From Antedon mediterranea (lineage: Eukaryota > Animalia > Echinodermata), in contig NC_092680.1 of NCBI RefSeq assembly GCF_964355755.1, positions 4,898,001-4,962,000 of the forward strand: a stretch of 64,000 nt of DNA, read 5' to 3'. Of the stretch, positions 22,701 through 35,500 are shown piece after piece. Numbering within the stretch: the first letter of the stretch is position 1; each line of letters opens with the position of its first letter. The position numbers and the translations under genes were made by a program. The notes beneath the pieces were generated by a model. That model saw only the letters and a list, made by a program, of their open reading frames with translations. It ran no database searches and was not told the origin of the DNA.

Positions 22701-22977
22701 TTGACTTGAGGCCAAGTTGATTTGGGGCCGACTTGACGTGGGGCCGACTTGACTTTGGCCGAGTCGGTTTAGGGCCGACTTGACCTGCACCCGTCTAATA
22801 CATACCAACTACTGACGACACGTTACGAGCTATATCCGAAGTAAAGTTTCCTGAACCGCAACCAACATCTAAAACTCTGTCATCTTTTGAAAAATCGAAT
22901 TTGGAAGTGTACTTATTGATACCGATTGCTTGCACCCGACGGCATTTTGAGTACATGGCAGACAATTTACTATTCAT
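19748..22977 (-). CDS. JHAMT-like methyltransferase paralog A copy 2, 4 exons, ~267 aa
   Basis: Exons 22977-22806, 21075-20750, 20439-20301, 19914-19748 (804 nt). Open frame MNSKLSAMY...YFLHAKKM*. Confidence 0.88.
19975..20272 (+). mobile_element. Possible SINE relic in methyltransferase A intron 3; also ~42611-42908
   Basis: GC-richer block absent from the short B intron 3, ending ggcgctatagaaatggaaattatt, which resembles an L2-type SINE tail. Confidence 0.35.
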
Positions 22978-25900
22978 GGTGCAAACTTTAAATGTAAACA
23001 CTCGTCGTACTCTGGTTGCAAACTGTTTTATTAAATATAACAAAAGAGTGATATATATTCTTTGATATAATAACCAAAGAATATATTCTTTGATATAACC
23101 AAAGATACTATAGCGCCGCCACGTGGCGCTATAGATTAGATCAACTTCTTCGGCCACAGACAATTTCCGGTCAGTTTAATTACCGCAAAGAACGGAAAAT
23201 AACCGAAAACAACCATAAACGGTCAGTATAATTACCGAAAATAACCGAAAACAACCAAAAACAACCGAAAACAAATAATATAATCTAAATACCGAAAATA
23301 AATTTGTATAAATTTTTTTTAATGTCGCCCTCTACTGATGGGTGTTTCTAGAGCTAAGACCAAGACAGAGATAAGACAAACAATGAGACACGACAGTATA
23401 ATACAGGATTATCGATTTCATTGTGTTTTGGTTTTTTGTTTTTACACAGGAAAACACCGACACGGACAAACAACAAACTTAGCACTTAATTAATTAATCA
23501 ATAATGAAAAAACAAAAAACGGGCCATAAAAATAAAATACGAACACGTATTTTGTAGGTTTGGCCTGATAAAATAAGAAACAAAGAATTACGTAAATGAT
23601 ACCGATATTTCGGAGTACAAAAAATACAATACGGTAAAAATTAAAATGTATTTTTGTTGCAAATAAAATAAATTAATTGCATTAGGCCTAAATGATAATA
23701 ATTGTATGTGTCAGGGTACAATAGAAATGATTTTATAATATAAGAAACAAAGATTTACTAAAGTGATAATTAAATGTTTTGGTAATAAGAATTATTAACG
23801 TCATGAACATTTTTCTATAAATATAAAACGAGTTCAAGTACGTAGGGACATGTACTAGGAATAATTAAATGTGACAATTTATCATGGCAACCCCATATTG
23901 ATTCTTTGATAGCTAAATCAAACGCACGGTTATTATTTTCTTAAACAATTGCGCCGGTCTGGTCTAGACGCACAAGCCTTATGCTATTTTTGTGTTATCA
24001 GGCTGTTCTAGAATACGCCGTCCCCGTTTGGGGAATGTGCTTAACTAAATTTCAGTCTGACTAACTGGAAAGTATCCAACGTAGGGCGCTTAGAATCACG
24101 TTCCCAGAGCTCAGTTACGACAAAGCAATGGATCAATGTAATGTGCCTGTGCTATGTGAACGTCGAACTAGACTGTGCAAGGATTACTATCAGAAACTTA
24201 AAAACCCTTCCCATAGACTACATCACCTTCTGCCTAAAGCGCCTAAATCTAGATACAATTTAAGACAAGTTAAAGAATTTTGCATTCCAAAAGTAAAAAC
24301 GGAACGATCAAAAAATTTCATTGTAAACTTTGGTCTCTTTCAAAAGTGGTAGGCATATCCCTGACTTCTGTTTTGTCTGTTCTTTGATGTTTTGTGTAAT
24401 TTGATTTTTATTGTTGATGGATAGGATATATTTTCATTTAAGTATAAGTATATTTTTGTATAATTCAACCCAAAAGTTGCAATAAAAGTATTTTATCAGG
24501 TTATCAGGTACTAATTTTAATATGTCGAGGTACATATAAATATAATTTTGTAGGAATAAGAAACGGAAGAATAAAGTGGTTTAAGAATACGATGTATTTT
24601 GTCGGAAGAAACAATTGAAGAAGTATATACGTACATATTAAGAATAAATATGTTGTAAGATGTAAATTAAACACTGGGAAATAGGCCGAAATGTTAATAG
24701 AAATGCATGCGTTGTCTTTGCGTGTACAATTTTACCTAATAAAACGAACTTGAAATAGGAAGAGGAATTGAAGTTGTTGCGCCGAATTTAATGAACAGGT
24801 GCACCGAACTACAGACCCATGTTTTTGCTTAGAATTTGGACAATTTCGCCGACCCGAAAAATGTGTTTATTTTTCGTTAGTTCGTGAGTTAATGTCCAAT
24901 TTTCAATTGACTCGCATTTTTATCCGAATTATTACTCATTTTGTTTGTATATTGATATGATATGTACATTTATTCTGTGCATGTGAAAATATGTTAAATG
25001 ACTCCTCTTTGTTCCTTAGGTCACCTAAGCAATGGAAGGAAAAACGTTTTAATTAAATTTCTTCTCTTTTCTTAGCATTTATTCTTTCACAGCTAAACTA
25101 TTAATACTGTACTAAGAGGCTATTTAACTGTGCCACTGACAGTTGAATTCGTTTTTCGCCAAGACGTGCCAACGACTATCACGACGAAGTATCGCTGACA
25201 ATTCCTTGAATCGACTATGGAATCTCTAACTTTTTCGTCCAGCAGACTAAATAAATGCAAATTGTAGTAGAATAAAGTTAAGAATGATAGCACTGTAATG
25301 TAATAGTGATAGTCATAAAAATACAGTACAACAAAGCATGCGATGCGATAATTAATAGCAAAAACAATAGCACGGTCTAATATATGCGTGAATGGCGCGC
25401 CATAGAAATCTGTTGTGGCCGAAACGGTCATATGGCCATGCCGGCTCTATACGATCTTTGAATATAACCCTATTATATGTATTATTATGATACAGTACCG
25501 TATAATGATTGATGAACGGAGTTACGCCCTCTAAAACTTATAAACTTTTTTTCCTTTTTAGTGGGAAGAATTAATAATAATGATAATGGCACTGTAATGT
25601 TAATATTGAGTTGGAAATTATACTTTTGTAACACTACTAGTGGCACGCATCTACGTGGGAGGTGCATCCTAAAGGAAAAACATACAACGTGAGCAAAATA
25701 TGTGCCAAATAGAAACAAATACAAAACTTAAAAAGAGATAAAACCAACAATCTCAATAAAAAATCAAACAAACAAATTAAAAATTTGAATATTAGAAAAC
25801 TGAGCAACAACAAAGTAGGCCAATCTCTACTATGAATGATGAAATAACACATGTCCCACAAACATGAAAAATAAAGATTGATAAAATCAAATTTCCATTA

Positions 25901-27174
25901 CTGTAGGCCTAGTTTTGATAAAGTTATTCACCTAACACCTAACAAAAACAAACAAAACAAAAATAGTAGTAGTAATTAGTCAGTTGTTTATTTTTAATTC
26001 ATTTATAATATGTAATTTTACTTTCTGTGTGGACCAGAGATTCTGAAATATAAGATTGAATGAATGAATAAAAAAGACAAAATAAAACACTTAGGCCTAA
26101 ACTTATTTTTAAATACGGTCTTTTAGTGAAAGTGGATCATTTCCGGTATTATTATTATTTACAAAGCGATCAAAAACGAATTGAATTTACATAATAAATG
26201 TCGAAAAATTACAAGATAAATAATGTTTATGAAGTATAGCTTTATTAGGCAAACAAGATTAAGAGGTTTCAAATTTTCAAATCGTCTTTCTTTCTTTCTT
26301 TTTGTTTCTTTTTTCTTGTTTTTCTTATTTTTCTTTTTTTTTTTGTTCTTTTTTTCTTTCGTTCTTTTTTCTTTTTTTTCCCCTTTTTTCCTTTTTTCTT
26401 TCGTTCCTTCTTTCTTTTGTTCATTTTTATTCTTTTTTCTTTCGTTCTTTTTCTTTTTTTTTCCTTTTTTCCTTTTTTTTTTCTTTTTTTCTTTCGTTCT
26501 TTTTTATTCTTTTTTTCTTTCGTTCTTTTTTATTCTTTTTTTCTTTCGTTCTTTTTTCTTTCGTTCTTTATTCGTTCTTTCTTTTTTGTAATTATCTGAC
26601 GTGATTTAAAAAATATTATATTTAAGGTTCTATTTAACAGATAGATTTAACAGAAAGATAGTCTAGACCTAAATGTACATTTTCTTTCTTTCTTTCTTTT
26701 TTTCTTTCGTTCTTGTTTTCCCTTTTTTCTTTCGTTCTTTTTTTCTTTCGTTCTTTTTTTCTTTCGTTCTTTCTTTTTGTAATTATCTTTTTCTATTTCA
26801 CGGAGTATAATAAGACAGTCTAGACCTCAATCTACAGTACATTCTTTTACCTTTTTCATATCATTACAATTTGGAACATTTGCTGAATCGGCACTGCCAT
26901 CGACTGGAATCATCTACCAGATAAGGTTGTAAATTGTACTTCTATTCTGGAATTCAAAACCCATATTATCCAAACTTAATTAAATAGGGTACCCCTTGTC
27001 ACAACTTACTCTCTGGGGGTCTCTGTCTTGGTGACAGCTCGCTGGGCAACTGGATGGCTGAGGCGGGGTAAATGGGTATCCAGCTACTTTATTCTGCCTC
27101 CTAGGTAGCGGCCCAGTAAAGTGATAGCGGTTGGCATGGACGGTAGACTTCCATAGTGTTTAATGTTGGGTACA

Positions 27175-29217
27175 GTTTACACCAATCCATCGCATCTTTA
27201 ACAATTTCATCTTGAAGATTATCCGGTATTCGGGCCAATTGTCCCGAGAGAGTGCGAACATAACCTTAAAAGAAAGAAAAGTTTTTTTTAGTTGCTGTAA
27301 CCAATTAAATTAAATCTTACATTACACTGCACATTACTTACCATCAAGTTCATAATCATTTTCTATGATAAAGATGGTTGGGTCTATAACTTCTTTGCTG
27401 ACCAATGAGAATCCTTCAGTTTCCAAAAGACTACACCAACCATCCAAGTCCAAGTCATTTTTCAAACCACCTTCGTAATCCTGAGTATGGGAAGAACTAT
27501 GATTGTTTAAGTTAATTGAAGGAACAGAGCCAGTCTTTACGAATGCACGGACCCCTCCCAATAAATCCATAACGTGTGGTTATTGTCGGTGAGTAGGTGA
27601 GATGTATCATGCTAGATAGAGTACCTTTTATCAATGGTGCAACTGAATGTGGCTTGGTGGTTCACATGCTTGCTTAGTAATCCCAGGGCCCCATTGGTTC
27701 AAATGTCACAATTCCAAAGCCACTGTCTATGGTGGAACCAGGGAGTAGCTAATTTCCTGGTGGGACTTGGTTTACAAAGTATATGTTCCCATCCTATAAT
27801 TGACGAATCATTTTGAAAATAAAAGATAACAGAAGATATTGGAGAAGTGTGATGATCATTCTTACAAATAATGAGTTGAATTCAAATAAAAAGTTAAGAC
27901 AAAAATTAGCAAATTACGTTTTGAGTAGGCCTGCTTTCATCATACCATAACCATTTGATAAGACTAGCTGATGAAATAATATAAACTCACCATAAGAAAA
28001 CGATTCCACTTTGGGTGGTTCTTAAGATAAGACGGAAGCTCATTTTCTTTAGTTCCACACAATCTGCACATTGGACCAACAACTAAAATAAATAATTCTC
28101 CGCCTCCTTTCATACATTGTTGTATATTTTGAATAGTCTTTTTCTTATCTTTGACCCACTGCAAGACGTACATTGATGTGACTTTATTAAATTGGTTTTG
28201 TTTCCATTTTGAGAGAGATTCGTTCCAAAATCCTGCGCGTCACAGACAACATACTCCACATTGTTCAATTGGTGATGCTGTTTAGCATAATCAATCATAT
28301 CGTCGGAGACACCGATACCTAAAATAAATTAAATAGGGCTACAATAATGATAAAATAAATTTAAAATACTTATTGTAATTGTAATGTTTATGGAGTAGCA
28401 TCATTTGCATGGATTGGTCATTGAAATTTTAGAATGGGGGACACAGGATATATGGACATTTAGGCCCTATCAATTAATGATAATATGTGAGTCCGGAGAC
28501 TGGATAAACGAATTATTGTTGATCACAGTGTAAGGCACCAGTGTAATTATTAAACCAAGAATAGTGGGCTTCGCTCATCATTTAACAATAACTAAACTCA
28601 ACTGCGTGTCTTTTTAACAAAGGTTGATGCAATATACAATTCAAAGCAGGAAACTTGTTTGTATTGATCCACACAGATTATTTCAGCCCACGCACTACCA
28701 AAATAAAGAGTGCGTTGAAAAAGCAATAGAGAAGGTCATTTTATACTAGAATAAAGATACTATTCACTTCAACAAAACAGAGAGAAGTTAACAAAACAGC
28801 CACTAAATAAGTAGGCCTACTTTTTTCAATGTCACGTTGTGGTGTTTTTTTTCTCAGAAGCCCCTACAATTGGTTTGCCTTTACAGATATTTTCGAATAC
28901 ACTGTCGTTTGTTCAATGTTCTTATTTTAATATTATTATTTTATGATTAAGATATTTGATACAAAATAATGTATAGGCCTAAGAAAGATTTTTAATAAAA
29001 ACGAGTACAACAAGTTATTACAAATAAGAAAATAGATCTACATACCAACTACTAACGACACGTTACGAGCTATATCCGAAGTAAAGTTTCCTGAACCGCA
29101 ACCAACATCTAAAACTCTGTCGTCCTTTGAGAAATCGAATTTGGAAGTTAACATATCGATTGAAAGTGCTTGAAATCGGCGACATTTTGAGTACATGGCA
29201 GATAATTTACTATTCAT
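27175..29217 (-). pseudogene. Methyltransferase paralog B copy 2, pseudogene
   Basis: +2 nt (GA) frameshift at ~28211-28218 in exon 2, motif II Asp->Gly (~28313), and a ~584 bp deletion at 27175-27180 removing the end of exon 4 and the stop. Confidence 0.88.
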
Positions 29218-29572
29218 GGTGCAGCACTTTTCGTAGCCCCCACAACCTTGCTACTGAGCCTTTAATCTTAAGCCAATATTTACCATGAATGATTGTTATA
29301 AATTCATCCACGACAGAAGTCCATTGAAACGATTCAATAGCTCCTTTCAAAGCGACGTAACGTGGTTGCGTCCCGGTCAAGAGTAAAACAATATTAATTA
29401 ATCACAATATGTAACAATGAATAATAGGTAGAAATATTTATTTATGTTACTGTATAAAATGGGATTTTAAGTTGGCGAGCTGAACACTCGCGAGGTAGCG
29501 AGTAGGGAATGTGCGCCCTCTATAGTTCAAATTATCGTAAACTTTTTACCCCGTTCAGCAGCAGATCGTAAA

Positions 29573-32500
29573 ATGGCGAACGAACCAGATTTATGTTCAA
29601 CACATTGTGATTTGTGGCATAATATAGATAAACTTCAAAAAGAAATTATTATCTATGAACGCATACATGCTTTAAGTAATGAAAACAAAGAACAGGTAGC
29701 TATTTCAGTTAAAGCGGAGTCTTCTTTACGTTACAGGTAAGTACTCAAGTAGCCTATAGGCCTAGCCTAGCTAGGCCTAGGCCTAGCTAGTGTAGCTAGG
29801 CCTAGTAGTAGTTAGGGCTAGGCTAGGCTAGTTAGGCCTATCCTAACTATATAGAGGCCTAGCCTAGCTAGCTAGCTAGCTAGGGCCTCTAGGTAGGATC
29901 AGAGGCCTAGGCCTAGGCTACTTATTCTTGATCAAAAAATGACCGTGGTAATGTGAACGGCATATATATAGGCCTACCTAGGCCTATATGACCTAGGCTA
30001 GGCCTATTATATATTATTATTTGTTACTAAGTATCTAGGTAGGTGTAACGTATTATGTATAGCTATAGTATTCTCAGATACTCCTAAATATTAGTATAGC
30101 GCCACCTAATGTTGGAATAAAACTGATTTACAAAATGGACGATTGTTTACACTGTGTTTAAGTCATGAGGTCTATAAACAATCAATTGTAATCCACAAAC
30201 ATCTACAGTATACAACAAATTGGCGACGAAGATTAAAATAAGGTAACGTTATAGAACAATTATAACCAAAAATGCCTACAATTGGAAACATAGAAGTTTA
30301 CGATTGCGATTCGGAAGATTGGACCGCATATGCGGAAAGACTGGAAGCCTATGTTGACGCTAATGGTATAGCGGATGATAAACGGGTAGCAACACTACTG
30401 ACAGTGATAGGACCCAAAACATATGGCCTGTTAAAAGACATATGCACACCAGAATTACCAAAAACCAAAACGTTTAAAGAGCTATGCGATTTACTAAACA
30501 CGCATTACTCACCCAAGCCTTTAGTTATAGCGGAGAGGTTCCGATTTTACAAAAGAAATCAGAAACCAGGAGAGTCAATAAAGGACTTTCTAGCTGAACT
30601 TAGGCATCTGACTAAACACTGTGATTTCGGTGACAAGCTAAGCGAATCCATCAGGGATAAACTAGTTGTAGGATTGCAGTCAACAGCCGTACAAAAACGC
30701 CTCCTAACAGAAAGCAACTTAACACTTACAAAAGCAACCGAGTTAGCCTTAGGAATGGAATCTGCTCAAAAAGACGCCACAGAAATAAGTGGTAAGCCAA
30801 TCGCCAGCACTGATTACGTCGCACGCAAAACTTACAAAGCACAGCACACTAAGCCTAAGTCAATATGCCACCGACGCGATAGCAACATGCACCGATCTGA
30901 CAAATGCAAATTTATCGACACGATATGCAATTTCTGTAAGGGCAAAGGTCACATCGAAAAAGCTTGCTTCAAAAAGAAGAGAAGTCAAGCGGGTTCAAAG
31001 GCGAAACCTGCATACAAAGGTACGAACCGTCGTAAATTTAAACAATTTCACAATGTCGAGGGAGAGTCGGACGATGACGTTGAATTAAAGGGACTCGATC
31101 AAATTACAGTGACAATTGACAATATTGAATCTGATACGACTCCAATTTGGATCCAACCATACATAAACGGAGTGAAAGTAAATATGGAGCTAGACACTGG
31201 GGCTACTTACTCAATTATGAACCACAATGATTTTCGCAAGTATTTCCCGAACACGAGGTTAGATACGGTTCTAGAAAAATTCAAAACATACTCCGGCGAA
31301 CCAATCACATGCATTGGTGCTTGTAATGCTCACGTGAGTTACAATGGACAAACAGTAGATAGCAAATTGTTTGTTGTAGAAAATGGTGGACCTCCATTAT
31401 TTGGAAGAGCGTGGTTGAACAAGATTAAGCTACCATGGCATGAAATCTTCAACGTAAATACAAACAGCCAAGCTCATACAAAAGTTACTCAGCTGATAGA
31501 AACATACGCTGAACTCTTTTCAGAAAGAGTGGGTCTACTGAAAGGACAAAAAGCAAACCTTCACATGGAAGAGAACGCTACACCAAAATTCTGCAAAAGC
31601 AGGGAAGTACCTTACGCACTGCGACCAGCAGTAGACAAGGAACTTGACAGACTCGAGAAAGAAGGCATTATCACACAGATCAAATTCAGCGAATGGGCTA
31701 CACCTGTAGTTCCCATTGTAAAACCCGATAAGTCTATTAGATTATGTGGTGACTATAAAGTCACTGTCAACCCGGCAATAAAACCTGACAAACACCCAAT
31801 GCCAAAAATTGAGGACATATTTGCAACACTAGCTGGAGGAGAGAAATTCTCAAAGTTAGACCTAAAAAACGCATACTTACACTTGGAAATGAGTGAGGAA
31901 GCAAAACGAATACTCACCATTAACACACAAAAAGGGCTATACCAGGTAAATAGACTACCCTACGGTATAACCCCAGCGACCGGCATATGGCAGCGGATTA
32001 TGGAGCAAGTACTCCAAGGTATCCCAGGAGTTGCCTGCATACTAGATGATATGATTATAACTGGTCAAAATGACGACGTTCATTTGGAGCGCCTAAAACA
32101 AGTGTTAGAAAGACTAAAGGAAAATGGTCTAATTCTGAATAAGAACAAATGTCAATTTCTGAAAACAAAGGTAACCTTCTTAGGTCATGTGATAGACAAA
32201 CAAGGTCTTCATAAGTCGTTGGACAAGATTGACGCGGTAGTAAATGCCCCAGCACCCACAGACGTATCAACGCTACGATCGTTTATTGGTTTAATCAATT
32301 ATTACCATCGTTTCTTACCCAACTTGTCATCTATTCTCTACCCATTACATCAGCTACTACAGAAAGAAAAAAAATGGAAATGGTCTAGCGAATGTGAGAA
32401 AGCATTTGTTAAAGTAAAAAACATGATAGCTGAAGAGTGTGTACTCGCGCACTACGATCCAAAGCTACCTGTGAGATTAGCGACTGACGCATCCCCATAC

Positions 32501-35500
32501 GGTCTTGGTGCCGTATTATCACACGTCGTGAACGGTGAAGAACGCCCAATAGCATTTGCTTCGAGAAGCCTTACAATCGCGGAAAAGAATTACTCGCAAA
32601 TAGACAAAGAAGCACTAGGTATCGTTTATGGAGTAAAGAAATTTACAGCATACCTGTTAGGAAAAAAATTCACATTGTTAACCGATAACCAACCACTCAC
32701 AAGACTGTTTAGCCCAACGAAAGCAATTCCAGCTACGGCAGCAGCCAGGTTAACGCGACAAGCAATTTTTCTTTCAGGATTTGACTATGAAATCGTCTAC
32801 CGTCCAAGCGCAGATAACATGAACGCTGACGCATTGTCGAGACTACCACTACACACGCGAAGGGAAAAGTCAAACAAACCTGACGACATAGAGTTATTTT
32901 ACGCGGATTGCTTTGAAGCACTGCCTGTCACGTTTAAACAAATTAAGGAACATACCAGACGCGATCCAATATTATCTAGAGTACTAGAGTACACGAAAAA
33001 CGGTTGGCCCAGCCAACGAGACGACGAACTTGAAGCATTTTACCGTAGAAAGGACGAATTAAATCTAATCGATGAATGTTTATTATGGGGGAACCGAATA
33101 ATTATTCCTCCCAAGCTACGCAAAGAAGTAAGCGACGAACTCCACCAGGGACATCTCGGGGTAGTAAAAATGAAATCTATCGCGAGAAGCTACTGTTGGT
33201 GGCCCAGAATGGACCACGATATTGAGACATTAGCGAAAACATGTCCAGGTTGCCAACTTAACATGAAAGAGCCACCAAAAGCACCATTACACCCGTGGGA
33301 GTGGCCTGAAAACGTATACGACCGCATCCATATCGATTACGCAGGTCCTATCGACGGCATTATGTACTTAGTAGTTGTAGACGCGCACTCCAAATGGCCA
33401 GAAGTATTAGCGACTAGAGATACCTCTTCGAGTAAAACCATTACCATGCTGAGAAGTCTATTCGCACGATACGGCCTATGCAAGATACTTGTGTCAGACA
33501 ACGGACCGCAATTTAAGTCAAGTGAGTTCGAAATGTTCTTGAAAAGCAATGGTATCACTCACATTACTTCTGCACCTTATCATCCTGCGACTAATGGTCT
33601 CGCAGAGCGCATAGTCCAAACATTTAAAAATGCCTTGAAAACGGCAAAACTGGACAGAGGAAGTAAACAGCTAAAGTTAGACAATTTCTTATTACACTAC
33701 AGGAATTCACTACATGCTACAACCGGTGTAAGTCCAGCACAGTTATTCCTAAATAGAAATTTGAGAACAAGACTTGACCTAATTAAACCTGATCTAAAGC
33801 GGAAAGTGTTCGAGAATCAAAACAAGCAAAGAGTAAACCCAGGAAAACAACGCGAATTCAAAATTGGACAAAAAGTGTTAGCTAGAGATTACAGAAATGA
33901 GGATAAGTGGGTAACAGCTGAAATTATAGCAGTAAATGGCCCACTGTCATACGAAGTGAAAACACAACAAGGAGGACTGTGGAATAGACATGTCGAACAA
34001 TTGCGCGAAACGCTATTGAAAACTACAGAAATCACCCCACCGACATTGACACCACAGTACATACCGGAAGCGACACCAACACCAACAACGGAAACACCAC
34101 CTTCAATCGCAAACAATCAGCAAAGCGAAGAAGCAGTAAATAAAGAAATCATGAACGCTAAAACACCAAGACGCTCCAAGAGAGTGGTCAAAAGCCCTAA
34201 AAGGCTTATAGCTGAAATATAATGAACTCATTGCCTTCCAATAAAACACACAAGACTTTTGAACTGAACATTGATTTTTAATTCATATATAAATCTCAAT
34301 TATTCTCTTTCACCTTGTACAACAATATATATGTAATGGATGAACACTAAACTGTTCACTATCAATTATCATTTTTAATGGACCTTAAGATATATTCACT
34401 TTACAGATTCATAATTTTAAATATGTTTGTATTATAGCATACAATTATTGAATGTTCTTTTGTATATATCGTATTATAAAATATAAAAAAATATAAAACA
34501 TAGAAAAAAGATTCTTACGGATAACTTTAACTCATATATTGTTGACACAACCAAATGTTTAACCCACCTTTAAATTATTTCTGGGAGAATTGTAACGTAT
34601 TATGTATAGCTATAGTATTCTCAGATACTCCTAAATATTAGTATAGCGCCACCTAATGTTGGAATAAAACTGATTTACAAAATGGACGATTGTTTACACT
34701 GTGTTTAAGTCATGAGGTCTATAAACAATCAATTGTAATCCACAAACATCTACAGTATACAACAGTAGGCCTAGGCTTACTCTCTATATGCCTAGCTAGG
34801 CTAGCCTTAGTAGGCATAGGCCTAGTGGGCGTAGGCCTAGTTGTAACAATTAACAATAATAATGAAACTGTTTAATTTTCTTTCTTTAAAAAAAATGTAT
34901 AATATTGTTAATTTAATTAGGAATGATGTGCTGAGAAAATTAGAAGACAATATAGAAAGGATCATTGAACGTTTACAACAGAACAAAGCACCTGCAGTTG
35001 CATTTGATAGTAGAACAAGTTGGCAAAATGTAAGGTAAGTACATGGAAAAATGAGCTAGCAAATAATAAAATTTATTTAACACAATAATATTTGATTATT
35101 ATGCATTAGTTTTTCAGCTGATGTTGGACTCAAGTTAGATAAGGACAAAAGTGTTTCAGAACTCCGGTTTGACTCAATCAATTCAACTACAAGATTTGGT
35201 AAGGCGACACTATCAAACTTTATGTGACAAAAAAATGTGATTTCCCCATACACTATATGGATATGATGATGTCATATAACTACCATATTTCGGCACATTT
35301 TTTTGTCAAACTAGTTTGATAGTGTAGACAAAACTTGAGATTGAAGCATCAAATAGATACTAAGGTTATGACATACCACATTGATTGACTGTTAGTATTA
35401 TGACAACCTTCTGCCATAAAATACAATAAAGAATTCTGTGTAGAACTGGTTTTATTATGGTGAGATTTAGTTGATGTTTTGTATTTCTTTATTAAGCTCT

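Noticed and set aside
30789-34116. Short alternative-frame and antisense ORFs inside gag-pol
   Set aside because: Shadow ORFs with no recognisable motifs. There is no env-like ORF before the 3' LTR.
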